From: an uncultured Actinomycetota bacterium | GTDB lineage: Bacteria > Actinomycetota > Actinomycetes > Propionibacteriales > Nocardioidaceae | Length of the DNA stretch: 64,000 nt | Direction of reading: 5' to 3' | Assembly (NCBI GenBank): GCA_963717855.1 | Contig: CAVQXF010000009.1 | Span: 371,426 to 435,425, forward strand | Part shown: in pieces, positions 22,343 through 35,100 of the stretch | How positions within the stretch are numbered: the stretch's first letter is position 1 | Layout: the number at the start of each line of letters is the position of its first letter | Translations under genes and position numbers: made by a program | Notes under the pieces: generated by a model | Told to the model about the DNA's origin: nothing | Database searches by the model: none | Seen by the model: only the letters and a program-made list of their open reading frames with translations

Positions 22343-23153
22343 CTAACGCCGACCACCACTGCCGACCTTCTTCTCACGCGACCATCCGCGTGACCGTAGG
22401 CCGTCAGCCTCGACACGTTCCACAGTGATCGCCGGCTCGGGGCTCGCCGACGTCTGGACCGGCTCACGTCGGCGGAGCGTCGCGACCCCGTTGGGCTCGT
22501 CCGACCCGCTATCGCCGTCGCCGTCCCGTTCGCGCGAGCGTCGCCGGGCGACCCGTGCGAGCCGGTCGACGAGGAAGGCGAGGAGCACCGTGAGGATGAC
22601 GCCCAGGGCGAAGACGGCCACCAGCGCCCGCAGCTTGCTACCGGGCAGCACCTCGGCGTGCTCGCCGACGTCGGACCGGCTCAGGGTGATCAGCTGCCGG
22701 CCCGGCACCGCGACGTTCTTCTGGATCGCCGCGAGCTCCTGGTCGAGGATGTCCATGACGGCGTCGCGGGTGGCCAGCGCCTCGGCCGGCACCGTGTCGG
22801 TCGTCGACACCAGCAGCATCGGACCGTTGTCGGGGACCAGGCCGACGGCGTACGACGAGGTGTAGCCCCGTTCCTTCAACGCCCGCTGGGTGTCCTTCGA
22901 CATGACGGTGCCGGCGATCAGGCTGGCCGTCGTCGTGAGCCCGGGCTGCAGGTTCAGGTAGGGGTTGGTCGGCGTCTCCACGCCGCGTTGCAGTCGGGGG
23001 CAGCAGCATCATCATCTGGCCCGACGCCTGGTACTGGGTCGACACCGTCTTAACCGTCATCACACACAGTCCCGCGACGACCATCATGCCCACCACGACG
23101 ACGTACCACCGTCGCACCAGCACCTTCAACGCGTCGACGAAGTACATGCCCAC
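22343..23153 (-). CDS. Wzz-like chain-length / polysaccharide co-polymerase protein (frameshifted)
   Basis: LKVLVRRWYVVVVG N-terminal TM, YQASGQMMMLLP, C-terminal TM followed by basic residues. Confidence 0.6.
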
Positions 23154-24517
23154 TCCCTCCCGTGACGCCTGCTGGACTCTGCTCGGCGTTCACGATCAGC
23201 TCCTTGCCTGCCGGCGCGGCGGATCGCGTCCAGTCCGCTCGGGTCCTGGTCGACCGCTTCAGCGGCGAGTCGCTCGAAGATCGAGACCACCTGGTCCTCC
23301 ACGACCGTCCAGCTCTGACCGGTCACCGACGCGGCTGCTGCCGCCGCGGTCGCGGCGCGGGTGTCCCGGTCCTGCTCGACCAGGTCGGACAACGACCGCG
23401 CCAGGTCCCACGGCGTCGGTGCCGAGTAGCGGACCTGGTCGTTGTCCAGCACGATGCGGTTGTGACGCGCGTCGTTGACGACCGGCACGCAGCCGGAGCC
23501 GAGCATCTCCAGCGGGACCAGGGAGACGTTGGTGGCCGACAGGCTGAGCCCCGCGACGCACCGGTTGTAGAGGGCCGACAGCCCGCTCGGCGGCAGCACA
23601 CCGTGCTGGGTCGCCTCGAACGGTAGGTCCGGCAGGACGGATCCGTAGGTGTGGATCGGGACCTCGGGATGCTGGCGGGCAAAGCGCTCAAGCGCGAAGA
23701 CCGCGAGCTCGTGCGCACGCCGCGGGGTGTGCGGACGGCAGTAGTACGCGATCCCGGTCCTCCGCTCGACGGCGTCAGCCGCGTCGTCGAGCCGGTAGGC
23801 GGCGCGGTCGCAGGCGAAGTCGAAGGACTCCGCCGGCATCGTCGTACTCGCTCCCGCAGCTTCTCGGCGATCCAGCGGCCCGCGGTGATGCCGTAGAAGC
23901 CGAAGCGGTACGTCGCCTCGGCGAGGAGGTACTCGCTGCCCGCCGGCGAGAACATCGGCTCGAAGTCCTGGACGAGGTAGACGCGCCGCCCTCGCGCCCG
24001 CGACCCGAGGACGGCGTACGCGGTGCCCCAGCCCGGTCGCGACGAGCGCGTCGCAGTCCGCGACGCCGTCGGCGAAGTCCCGGACCTCCGCCCGCACGTC
24101 CGGCCAGTGCTGCCGGATCGTCGCCGTGTGCTGGTCGATCGACCAACCGTGCTGGTCCTGGAGGTAGACGACGCACCGGTGGCCGGCGCGCTCGAGGCCC
24201 GACGACGAGTCGGAACATCGTGGTGTGCCCACCGGATCCCGGTGCTGGGGGCGTGCACACCCAGGCCACGGTGATGGGCTCGCCGGGTGCCCGCGGCGCC
24301 GGTGGCGGGTACTCCCAGCCGCCCTCGGCCAGCCCGGCCGCGTGCTCGAAGTCCGCGGCGTCGACCACGAGGGGTCGTGTCCCAGGCGGCGCCAGCCGCT
24401 CGGCGGCGCGCAGGCGCAGTCGCCGACCAACGCCGGCGAGTCCCTTCGGCGGTCAGCAGCCGCCGGGTCTGCCGGACGCGATCGGCGAGTCCTGCCGGAC
24501 GGCGCTGCCCAGCTCAC
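23150..24517 (-). CDS. WsaF-like glycosyltransferase (frameshifted; ends approximate)
   Basis: AWVCTPPAPGSGGHTTMFRL, YLVQDFEPMF, YCRPHTPRRAHEL, LSATNVSLVPLEMLGSGC. Confidence 0.7.
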
Positions 24518-25653
24518 GCCGACCTCAGCGCCCGAGCGAGCGAGTCGACGACGGCGACCTGCTGCTCGACGGTGATGCCGGGATACATCGGCAGCGACAG
24601 CGATCTGCGCGGCGAGCCGCTCCGCCACGGGCGCCGTACCAGTTCCGCAGCCCGAGGTGGGCGAACGCCGGAAGCAGGTGCACCGGAGTCGGGTAGTGGA
24701 CGCCAGTCCCGATGCCGTCGACGGCCATTGCAGCAGCCACGGTCGCTCGCGCGCGGCACCTGTACGACGTACAGGTGCCACACGTGCAGGTTGCCGTCAC
24801 GCACGTCGGCAGGACTACCTCGGGAAGCCCGCTCAGGAGCCCTCGTACACGGCCGCGGCAGCGCGCGCTCGGCGTTCCAGGCCTTCAGCCGCTCGAGCTT
24901 GATCGAGAGCACGGCCGCCTGGAGCGAGTCGAGCCGCGAGTTCGTGCCCACGCACAGGTGCTGGTAGCGCTCGACGCCGCCGTGGTTGCGCAAGGCGCGC
25001 ACCCGGTCAGCGATGGCGGCGTCATCGGTGGTGACGGCGCCGGCGTCACCGAAAGCACCGAGGTTCTTGCCGGGGTAGAAGCTGGTCGCTGCGACGGCAC
25101 CGAAGGACCCACCGGCGCGACCATGACGATCGGCTCCCTGCGACTGAGCAGCGTCCTCGATCAGGACGACGTCGTCGCCGACCACCTCTCGCAGCTGGTC
25201 GAAGGGGGCGATCTGCCCGTAGAGGTCGACCCCCACCACAGCCCGGGTGCGTGACGTCAGCCTGGCGCGCCACCGCCGCCGGATCGATCAGGTAGTCCTC
25301 GCGCGCAGTCGGCGATCACCAGGTCGGCTCCGACCCGGGCGACTGCCTCTGCAGTGGCGACGAACGTGTTGGCGGGCACGATGACCTCGTCACCTCGGCC
25401 CAGCGCCGCTGGCCAGCATGGCGAGCTCGAGCGCGTCGGTCCCGTTGCCGACGCCGATGCAGTGCTCGACCCCACAGAAGGAGCCGAACTCGGCCTCGAA
25501 CCTGTCCACGGCCGGACCCAGGACGAAGGCGCCGTCCCGGCAGATGTCAGCGAAGGCGCTCAGTACCTCGTCCATGACGAGGTCGTTCTGCGGGTGCAGG
25601 TCGACGAGCGGAACCCCGCCGATCGTCGTGTTCCCAGGCCTCTCCGTTGTCAT
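24514..25653 (-). CDS. DegT/DnrJ/EryC1/StrS sugar aminotransferase (frameshifted)
   Basis: VPLVDL, GVGNGTDAL, VPANTFVAT, IEDAAQSQG, SFYPGKNLGAFGDAG, NSRLDSLQAAVL. Confidence 0.92.
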
Positions 25654-25663
25654 GTGTCCCCCT

Positions 25664-27121
25664 TCAGGTGTGGTGCATCGTCGGTGTGGCCGCTGTACGC
25701 AGCTCGGTGAGAGATCGCAGGCACCATCGGCTCAATGGGAGCGCAAAGGTGACGAGAGCGGTTGTGGTCCCGGCGAGCAGCACCACAACTGGCGGACCGC
25801 TGACGGACGAGCAGACCCAGCAGCACGCGACCGCGGCCGGACCGGCGACAGCCAGTGGCAAGAGCCATTGCCGGGCCAAGAGGACGACGTCCACGCCGAC
25901 ACGGTGCAGGCACCACAGATAGAGCGGCACCACGACCACGACCGCGACCAGCACGTGGGACCAGCCAGCGCCGCGCAGCCCGAAGGCCTGGACCCCGATC
26001 GTCATCGTCGGGACCATCACGACCAGCCATGCGACCTGCACCAGGAGGACCGGCGTTGTCGCACCCACGGCAATCAGAAACGTCGCGATGAGATCGAGGA
26101 CGACTCGGACTCCGCCGAAGACCGCCAGGCCCGCGAGCGCGGCAGATGCCTCGCTCCAGCGGCTTCCGTAGAGGAGCTCGACAACGGGACCGGCTAGAGA
26201 CGCGAGAGTCAGCGCGAGGAACGCAGCGACTGCCGCGGTCGGACCCATCACGCGGACGAGAGCCAGATTGCGCCTCTCGGTCGACTCGACCTGCGCGAAG
26301 CCTGGAAGCGCCACGACCCGCAGCGCACTACCTACGACACTCATCGGCCACGACGACACGTTGAAGGCGAGCACGTAGAAACCGAGCCCCACGGGGCCTA
26401 GGGTCCGGGCGACGACCAGGTTGTCCACGCTCAGCAGGACCCACGACAGCAGGTTGGCCATGGCCAGTGGAAGGCAGAACGCAACTGATTCCAGGAAGAC
26501 TTCGTGGATGTATCCGAAGCGGGGCGAGGTTGACGTCGCGGCATAGAGGCAGACGACGATGACCGCCTGGTTCGCTACCTGTCCCCATGCGAGCGCCGAG
26601 GCCCCCGCGCCGGACGTCGCGAGCGTCCAGGTGACCAGTGCGCACGCGACCAGACCAGCGCCGTTGCAGAGCAAGAGTCCTCGTTGACGGAAGTCACGCT
26701 GCATCCGGGCTGCGGGAACGATCGAGAACCCGAAGAGCGCGATCGAGATCGCCATGACGCGAATGACCCCGTCGGACTCTGGGCTGGCGAAGGCCACCGC
26801 GATCGGCTCAGCAGCAACAACCATGCCCGCTGCCAGAATGCCGCTCGTCAGCAGACCGAGGGTCGCCACCGTCGGCGCCCGTCGCTCCAGGTCGGGCGAT
26901 CGCACGAGGTCGGTGCCGAGCCCGAACTCCGCCAAGGTGCCGAGAATGGTCCACACGGTGAGGGCCACGGCGAAGGTGCCGTACTGCTCGGGCGCGATCA
27001 GTCGCGCGATCATGACGCTCATCAGCACGTTGCCAAGGCGAAGAACCAGGTTTCCACCCAGGCTCCAGCCGAGCCCGCGACGGACCCTCCCGCTCAAGGG
27101 CGGCGAAGCAGTTGCCGTCAT
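25664..27121 (-). CDS. wzx: Wzx oligosaccharide flippase
   Basis: 485 aa, about 12 TM; ARLIAPEQYG, DNLVVARTLGPVGLGFYVLAF, LLYGSRW. Confidence 0.85.
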   Translation of the reverse strand: MTATASPPLSGRVRRGLGWSLGGNLVLRLGNVLMSVMIARLIAPEQYGTFAVALTVWTILGTLAEFGLGTDLVRSPDLERRAPTVATLGLLTSGILAAGMVVAAEPIAVAFASPESDGVIRVMAISIALFGFSIVPAARMQRDFRQRGLLLCNGAGLVACALVTWTLATSGAGASALAWGQVANQAVIVVCLYAATSTSPRFGYIHEVFLESVAFCLPLAMANLLSWVLLSVDNLVVARTLGPVGLGFYVLAFNVSSWPMSVVGSALRVVALPGFAQVESTERRNLALVRVMGPTAAVAAFLALTLASLAGPVVELLYGSRWSEASAALAGLAVFGGVRVVLDLIATFLIAVGATTPVLLVQVAWLVVMVPTMTIGVQAFGLRGAGWSHVLVAVVVVVPLYLWCLHRVGVDVVLLARQWLLPLAVAGPAAVACCWVCSSVSGPPVVVLLAGTTTALVTFALPLSRWCLRSLTELRTAATPTMHHT

Positions 27122-28161
27122 GTTCCGTACCTACGCTCTCGTCGCCAGCGCAGGTGGTGGTCGACCTTCGCCGCGAATCGCAGCGTCGAACTTGCCGGCT
27201 CACCCATGCCTCGGGCAACGACTCGGCGAGCGTGCCGGGCGCGGGCGTCCGTGGACGACCCAGGATCGACCTGCTCTGCAAACTCCAGGTAGCTGTCTGC
27301 CTGCCGGTCCCCTTCGCGCGCGGCCGTCACGGCTCGGCGTAGCGCCTCCCGCGACAGGGCACGGCGCGCGTCGGCATGCAGGTCGTCTGCGCCGGCAAGC
27401 GAGTCGCGCTGCTCCTCGAAGAACAGCTCGAAGGTCCTGCGGCGCTCGTTCAGGTCCGTGAGCCATCCGGCGTACGCGGTCAGGTGCATGTTCTGGTCGT
27501 GCACCCGGTAGTGAGCCTGAACCGGTCCGTTGACCCGGCCCACGCCGAAGTCGGCGGCCGTCTGCAGCCAGAGGGCGAAGTCGGCGGAGTGTGGGAGCCG
27601 CGCGTCGTACGGTCCCGCACTGGCGAAGGCCTCCCGACGCATGACCGCTTCCGGGCTGACGACGAAGCAGCGGCCTCGCCGAGCAGCCAGGGACAGCCAC
27701 TCCCGACCGCCGTACACGCTCCAGCTGCGGACTGCGCGGTCACGGGTGTCCGGCAGGTCCGAGAAGGAACGCGCGTAGCCGTAGACGAGGCCGACCTGGC
27801 GATGGGTCTCCATCAGGGCAACGGCGCGCGTGAGCGCGTTCTTCGCGAGAACGTCGTCAGCGGACACCAGGGTGACGTAGTCGCCGGTGGCTGCCGCCAA
27901 CCCGTCGTTGTACGTCGCGATGTGTCCCCGGTTCTGGTCGTGCCGGATCAGGTGAACCGCGCGCCCGGCCGACCAGCTGCTCCGCGACGCGCACGCTGTC
28001 GTCGGTCGATGCGTCGTCGACGATGATCACCTCGACGTCGACCTGGGCCTGGTCGAGCGCAGCACGACCGCCTGCGGCAGGTAGCGGCCGTAGTTGTAGC
28101 AGGGAATCACGACCGACACGGTCGGACGAGTCGTCAGCGCACGTGGCCGGTGGAATCGCAC
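27118..28161 (-). CDS. glycosyltransferase family 2 (frameshifted)
   Basis: VSVVIPCYNYGRYL, IVDDASTDDS, GDYVTLVSADD, YDARLPHSADF. Confidence 0.88.
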
Positions 28162-28162
28162 G

Positions 28163-28815
28163 TCACGCGCCTTGCAGGTGCCGTGCGGCAACGGGCGCCG
28201 CCGGGACGCCTGCCCACGTCTGCAGTGACGGCAGATCCTGGAGCAGGGCAGCTCCCATGCCGAGCGTTGCGCCCGAGCCGACGGAGAGGTTCTCGCGCAC
28301 CGCGGCGTTCATGCCGACGTACGCCGCCTCACCGACGTGCACGCCGCCACCGAGGCTGACGCCCGCGCAGATCGTGGCGAAGTCCTCGACGACGTCGTCG
28401 TGCGTCAGCGTCACGTTCGGCATGACGACCACGTGCCGCCCGATCTGGACCGAGGTCGTCAGCACGGTGCCCGCGAGCACGACGCTGCCCCTGCCCACCG
28501 CGCAGTCGTCCGGGACCATCACCGACGGGTCGACGAAGGTCAGGTAGCGCTCGCGGTCGACACCCAGGGCGGTCGAGCCGTTGCGACGATCGACCGGCGC
28601 GCCCTTCCGTGCCCGGCACAGACCAGGATGTCGTGGTCGTCGTACTCCTGCGCGAGCGCGAGCCCGCCGACGATCGGCTCGCCGTCGAGCTCCGTGCCCC
28701 AACGCGACTCGTCGTCGTCGAGGACGCGGACCCGCGTGAACCGCTGGAGGCGACGCTCGACCGCCAGCACCTCGCGCGCCAGGCCACTGGCAGCGATCAG
28801 GAGCAGGCGCCTCAC
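28163..28815 (-). CDS. NeuD/PglD-family hexapeptide sugar acetyltransferase (frameshifted)
   Basis: [18 protein letters not shown], hexapeptide repeats [24 protein letters not shown]. Confidence 0.85.
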
Positions 28816-29954
28816 GGTGCGCCCCGTGAGGCGCGGAGGACGTCGATGACCCGGGTCTGCTCGGACTCCGTCATCTGGTGGAAGAGCGGCAGGATCAGGG
28901 TGGTGTCCGTGAGGTGTTCCGTGACGGGCAGCGGGACGTCCCCGGTGTCGCGGCGGGCGTACGCCGGCTGCCGGTGCGACGCCATGATCCCGCGCCGTGC
29001 CGAGATGTCTGCCTCGGCGAGCTCCGACATCAGGCCGTCGCGGTCGAGCGGGAAGCCGGGCTCGACCTCGAGCCAGAAGGACTGGAAGTTGCTGGTGCCC
29101 CAGGCCGGGTCCTCGACCGCCCGCAGCCCGTCGATCTCGGCGATCGCCTTGCTGTAGCCGTCTGCCAGCTCGCGACGACGGGCGACGACCTCGGCGAGCC
29201 GGTCGAGCTGCACCAGGCCGACCGCGGCCTGCAGGTCGGTCATCCGGAAGTTGAAGCCGATCTCGGCGTACTCCTCGGGCGGGGCCAGCACGCTGGCGTG
29301 ACGTGCGGCAGCCGAGGCGCTCATCGCGTGCTCACGCAGCTGACGCGCCCGCGCCGCCCAGTCGGGTCGGCTGGTCGTGATCATCCCGCCCTCGCCCGTG
29401 GTGAGGATCTTGCGCGGGTGGAACGACCAGGCGGCGATCTCGGCCGTCGCGCCGACGGGGCGACCGCGGTAGGTCGACCCGGCCGCGCAGGCCGCGTCCT
29501 CGACGACCACGATGCCCAGCGGGTCGCACAGCTCCCGGATCGGGTCGAGGTCCACCGGCACGCCGCCCTGGTCGACGACGATGACCGCGCGGGTGCTCGG
29601 GGTGAGAGCGGCGGCGACGGTCTCGGCGGTCACGTTCCCGGTGACCGGGTCGACGTCGGCGAAGACCGGCCGCGCGCCGACGTACGTCGGGGCGTTGGCG
29701 GTGGCGATGAACGAGAACGACGGCACGACGACGTCGTCGCCCCGGCCGACGCCGGCGACGACGAGCGCGAGGTGCAGCGCCGTGGTGCAGCTGGAGGTCG
29801 CCACCGCGAACTCGATCTGCTGCGCCTGGGCGAACGCTCGCTCGAACTCAGCGACCCGGGGGCCCTGGGCCACCCAGCCGGACTCGATGACCGCCGCCAC
29901 CGCGGCGATCTCCTCCTCGCCCAGCCAGGGCTGCATCACGTTGATGCGGGTCAC
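28812..29954 (-). CDS. DegT/DnrJ/EryC1/StrS sugar aminotransferase
   Basis: [54 protein letters not shown]. Confidence 0.93.
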   Translation of the reverse strand: MTRINVMQPWLGEEEIAAVAAVIESGWVAQGPRVAEFERAFAQAQQIEFAVATSSCTTALHLALVVAGVGRGDDVVVPSFSFIATANAPTYVGARPVFADVDPVTGNVTAETVAAALTPSTRAVIVVDQGGVPVDLDPIRELCDPLGIVVVEDAACAAGSTYRGRPVGATAEIAAWSFHPRKILTTGEGGMITTSRPDWAARARQLREHAMSASAAARHASVLAPPEEYAEIGFNFRMTDLQAAVGLVQLDRLAEVVARRRELADGYSKAIAEIDGLRAVEDPAWGTSNFQSFWLEVEPGFPLDRDGLMSELAEADISARRGIMASHRQPAYARRDTGDVPLPVTEHLTDTTLILPLFHQMTESEQTRVIDVLRASRGAP

Positions 29955-30952
29955 GACGCGGTCACCACCTGGCGACCGGCCGCGATCTCCGAGCGAAGCG
30001 GGCGCCACCACTCGACGAGCTCGCGAAGCCCGTCCTCCAGCCCGACGGTCGCCTCGAAGCCGAGGTCACGCCGCGCGGCGGTCGTGTCGGCGAGTCGGCG
30101 TACGACGCCGTTGACGGCACGCTCGGGTCCGTGCTCGACGCCTAGGTCCGAGCCCATCGACGCGCAGCAGTGCCTCGGCGAGCTCGAGGAGGCTGCATCT
30201 CGGTCCCGCTGGCGACGTTGTACTCGCCCTCGGCGATGTCGCTGGCGGCGGCGAGGACGTTCGCCCGCGCGATGTCGCGCGTGAAGACGAAGTCCATCGT
30301 CTGCCGGCCGTCGCCGAAGATCAGCGGCGGCTGGCCGTCGTCGATGCGCTCCATCCAGCGCACGAGGACCTCGGTGTAGAGGCCGTGCACGTCCATCCGC
30401 GGCCCGTAGACGTTGAAGTAGCGCAGCACGACGTAGTCCAGGTCGTGCATCGCCCGGAAGCTGCGGAGCATCCCCTCGTTGAACGACTTCGCGGCGCCGT
30501 AGAACGTGTCGTTGTTGTGGTGGTGGTGGCGCTCTCCCGTCGGGAACGCCTCCGCCATGCCGTAGACCGACGCCGACGAGGCTGCCACGACCTTGTCGAC
30601 CCGCGCGTTGACCGCCGCCTCCAGGACGTTGAACGTCCCGTCGACCAGGACCTCCAGAGCCAGCCGCGGCTCCTCGGCGCACTGGGTGATGCGGATCGCC
30701 GCCTGGTGGCAGACCAGGTCCTTGCCCACGCGTGAGGTCGTTGACCAGGTCGCGGTCCCGGATGTCGCCCTCGACCAGACGCACGCGGCCGGAGGCGAGC
30801 GCCGGCTCGAGGTTGCCGATCCGTCCGCGCACCAGGTTGTCGAGCACGTCGACGTGCGCGACGCCGGCGTCGAGGAGCTGGTCGACCAGGGTCGACCCGA
30901 TGGTCCCGGCGCCGCCGGTGACCAGGGCGTGGGCCCCAGCGAGTGCGGTCAT
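29951..30952 (-). CDS. NAD-dependent epimerase/dehydratase (frameshifted)
   Basis: LVTGGAGTIGS, HQAAIRI, ASSASVYG, YGAAK, LRYFNVYGP, GDGRQTMDF. Confidence 0.9.
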   Translation of the reverse strand: MTALAGAHALVTGGAGTIGSTLVDQLLDAGVAHVDVLDNLVRGRIGNLEPALASGRVRLVEGDIRDRDLVNDLTRGQGPGLPPGGDPHHPVRRGAAAGSGGPGRRDVQRPGGGGQRAGRQGRGSLVGVGLRHGGGVPDGRAPPPPQQRHVLRRREVVQRGDAPQLPGDARPGLRRAALLQRLRAADGRARPLHRGPRALDGAHRRRPAAADLRRRPADDGLRLHARHRAGERPRRRQRHRRGRVQRRQRDRDAASSSSPRHCCASMGSDLGVEHGPERAVNGVVRRLADTTAARRDLGFEATVGLEDGLRELVEWWRPLRSEIAAGRQVVTAS

Positions 30953-32020
30953 CGGACGATCTCCAGTTCGGGCTGGTCGATGGACACGACGTCGACGAGG
31001 GCACCGCGAGCCCGCAGGCTGGTGGCGGCCGCCTCGAGGACGGACAGGACGCGCAGCCCTGAGGCTCCGTCGGTCTGCGGACTGCGCTGCTCACGGATGC
31101 TGTTGGCGAACTCGTCGACCATCTGCCCGAGTGCCTCGCGCTCGGGGAGGGCCGGCGCCCAGGTGTCTCCGAGTCGGTACGAGATGGAGGCCTGGCGACG
31201 ATCCGCACTGTCGACCGTCTGCTGCACCAGGTCGACGCCGCGGTCGAAGACGCTCAGGCGCTGCTGGGGATTCAGGTCGTCCCAGACCAGCGTCCGCTCG
31301 CTGCCGCCGATGACCATCTGGCGGATCTTCGTCGGGCTGAGCCAGTTGACGTGGACGTGCGCCATGGCACCACCGGGCAGCGGCAGGGTCAGGTAGCCGA
31401 CGCATGCCTTGCCCGCACCGACCGGGTCTGCGCCCTGCGCCGCGACGCCCTCGGGCCGCAGACCGCCGGGCAGGATGTAGTCGAGGATGGACAGGTCGTG
31501 CGGAGCCAGGTCCCAGAAGACGTCGACGTCGGGCTGGATCAGCCCCAGGTTGATCCGCACCGAGTCGACGAACAGGATCTCGCCCAGGGCACCTTCGGCG
31601 ATCAGCTCGCCGATCCGTTGCACCACCGGGGTGTAGCAGTAGGTGTGGTCCGCCATCAGCACGAGGCCCTGCCGCCGAGCGAGCTCGACCATCGCCCTCC
31701 CGGCCAGGACGCTGTCGGCGAGCGGCTTCTCCACGAGCACGTGCTTGCCGGCGTGCATCGCCTGGGTCGCGATCGCCTGGTGGGTGCGTGCCGGCGTCGC
31801 GATCGCGATCGCGTCGACGTCGTCGCGAGCGAGCAGGTCGCTGAGCGAGGCCGTGACGTCGACCCCGCTGCGCTCGCCCAGCACCCGGTGCGCCCGCTCG
31901 GGGTCGAGGTCGCACACGGCCACCAGGTCCCACTGCTCGCTCGTCCGGAAGTTGCGGATCAGGTTGGGGCCCCAGTAGCCGGCCCCCACCACTGCCACGC
32001 CAAAGCGCTTCGCGACTCAT
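30949..32020 (-). CDS. Gfo/Idh/MocA oxidoreductase
   Basis: VVGAGYWGPNL, IATPARTH, HVLVEKPLA, WDLAPHDLS. Confidence 0.9.
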
Positions 32021-32134
32021 CTGTCCCCCACTGCGTCGAGCCCGGTCGGTCGACCGGCTTCGATGTCATTCCAGTCGCTGCCGCGACCGCCGCACCGCGA
32101 GAGCCAGCGGGCCAATACCCCAACTTGGGGAGGG

Positions 32135-35100
32135 TCAGTTCTGCGCGCTCCGGAACACGACGTCGACGAAGTAGTTCGTCGCGTTCCACGAGCTCCGTCG
32201 GGAACCCGCCGCCGCTCCGTAGAGGTAGCGACCGTTGTTCCCGGCCGGCGCCGTCGAGGGCGCCGCGACGTCCAGCGCGCTGCGAAGAAGCCCGCGGTCG
32301 CCGGAGTAGTGCCCGTTCGGGGCGAAGTAGGACACCACGTACGTCTGCCCGGCGCGTCAGCGGCGACCGGCGTCGACAGGGTGGCCGTCTGCCAGCCGGT
32401 CGCCGACTCGCCGGTGAAGGTCACGGTCGCCAGCCGGGCGCCCGTCGACGACCAGAGCGAGCCCGGTGTGGGTGCCGGTGTTGCCCGCGCCCTTGTAGAA
32501 CCGGATCGCCGTCACCGTGCCCGCCACCGACGGCGATGAACGCAGTGCCGAGCTCGACCGGGTCGTTGTCGTTGTCGACGCCGTCGTCGGCGGACTGCCC
32601 GGTGAACAGCGAGGTCAGCACCGTCGCGGCCGCCTCGGTGTGGAACGACCAGGTCTGCGTCGGCAGCGACGCGCCGTCGCGCGAGACCACGCCGGTGACC
32701 GTGACCGTGAGGTCGGCGTCGGCCGGCAGCGGCGCGGTCGGCGTGAAGGTCAGCGTCTGTCCGTCGGCCGACAGCGCCGCCGTGCCTGCGATCGCCGTCG
32801 CGCCCTGCTTGACGCGTCATGCGTCCAGCCGGCGTCGATCGGCGTCGAGAAGCGCGATCGACGGCTGTGACCGTGCGCGGCACGTCGGTCGCGCCGGCGG
32901 CCGGCGACCGCTCGGTGACGCGTGATCGGTCGGCGCGGTCAGGCTCGAACACGACGTCGACGAAGTAGTTCGTCGCGCCCCAGATGAACGTCGGGAACCC
33001 GCCGGCCGCACCGTAGAGGTAGCGGCCGTTGGCCGCCGCCGGCGCCGTCAGGTCACCCGCGGTGACGGCCGAGCTGAAGAAGCCCGACGTGTACGAGTAG
33101 TGACCCTGCGGCGCCAGGTAGGAGACGACGTACGTCGTGCCCGCCGTGACCGCGACCGGCGTGCGACAGCGTCGCCTGCTGCCACCCGGTGGCGGTCTCG
33201 CCGGCGAAGGTCACGGTCGCCAGCTTCGTCCCGCTCGACGTCCACAGCGAGCCCGACGTGCGTGCCGCCGTTGCCGGCGCCCTTGTAGAAGCGGATCGCC
33301 GGTGACCGTGCCGTTCTTCGACGGGCGTGAACGCCGTGCCGAGCTCGACCGGCGCGCTCGCTCGTTCGCCGCGGGCACTGCGGGACCACGTCGCCGAACA
33401 GCGTCTGGCTGGTGGTCGAGTCGGCCGACCGGGTGTGGAAGGTCCACGTCTGGGTCGCCAGCGCCGCACCGTCGGCGGACGTGACCCCGCTCAGCGTGAC
33501 CGGGATGTCGGCGTCCGCCGGGCAGCGCAGCCGACGGGCGTGAAGGTCAGCCGTCGTGCCGTCGACGCTCGAGGACGGTCGTCCCGGCGATCGCCGCCGC
33601 TCGCCTGCTTGACGGTCATCGAGTAGCCGGGCGCGACCGGCGCCGAGAACGTCGACCTTGATCGGCGCTCTGCCGCGGGACGTCGACGGCGCCCGGGCGC
33701 CGGGTCCTGGCCGTCACGGCGATCGGCCGGCGCGCCCTTCTCGAAGACCACGTCGACGAGGTAGCTGGTCGACGAGCGTCGCCGACGGGAAGCCGGTGCC
33801 GTAGGTGTAGGCACCGGCCGTCGGCCGTCACGCGCAGCGGAGCCCGCGACAGGTTCGACGCCGCGAAGGCGTTCGGCGTCGCGGAGTAGCGACCGACCGT
33901 CGGTGCGGTACGACGCGACGTACTCGGTGTTCTTGGTGACCGTCACCGGCTGGCGCGAACGTCAGCGTCTGCCACCCGGTGCGTCGACTCGCCGGCGAAG
34001 GTGCCCTGCGCGAGCATGGTGCCCGCTCGCCGACCACAGCGCGCCGGTGTGCGTGCCGGTGTTGTTGACGCCCTTGTAGAACCGGACGCCGGTGACGGTG
34101 CCCGTCGACGTCGCGGGCTGAACCGGACGCCGAGCGTGACCGGGACGGTGTCGGCGTCCTGCGAGCAGCGTCGGGACGGTGGCGTCGTCGAAGAGCGAGC
34201 ACGGGCAGACACCCGGGCGGCCGGCGGCTTCGCGGTCGTGAACGACCAGGTCTTGCCGGTCGTGACGCGTTGCCCTGCGCGTCGGTGCCGGCCAGCGGTC
34301 GCCGTGTAGCGTCACGAAGCCGGCGAGCGCGAGCGCTCGGGGTGAAGGTGACCGTCCGGGTGGTCGCGTCGTACGACGTGCGTGCCCGGCGACGCGCGGC
34401 GCCGTTGGCGTCCTTGACCGTGATGCCGCCGAGCTCGCTGGACCACCGGCTTGGAGAACTGTCGCGCTGATCGTCGTGGTCGCGCGGCACGCGAGGACGA
34501 GTCCGGCGAGCGGCCACTGGTTCGTCGCGGTCAGCGGCGAGTCGTCGGTCGAGGTGAACAGCGACGTCGACGAAGTAGTTGGTGTTCTGGTAGCTGCTGC
34601 TCGGGAAGCTGCCCGGCGTCGCCGTAGACGCCGGCCGGCGTGGCGCCGTAGCCGCCCGCGACCGTCAGCGGCGTCGGCATCGACCCCGGCCGCGCGAGAA
34701 GCCGTACGGCTCGACGGCGTAGTGGCCGTTCGGCGCGGTGTAGGACACGACGTAGGTCTGTCCGGCCGTCGACCGGGACCGCGGTGGCGAACGTCGCCGT
34801 CTGCCATCCGGTGGCGGTCTCGCTCGGCGAAGGTCACGGTGGCCAGCTCGCTGACCGCTCGTGCGTCCACAGCGACCCGACGTGGGTGCCGGTGTTGCCG
34901 GCGCCCTTGTAGAAGCGGACGCCGGTGACGAAGCCGTCGGTCGTCGGCGTGAAGCGCAGCCCGAGCTCCGACGGCGGATGCGGTCGTCGGCGCGGCTGCA
35001 GGCGTCTTCGGGACGGCGGTCGCCGAAGACGCTGCACGGGCAGGTGACGGTGAGCGCTCGGGTCACCGCCGCGCCGATGTTGGCGCTGTCGTCGACGGCC

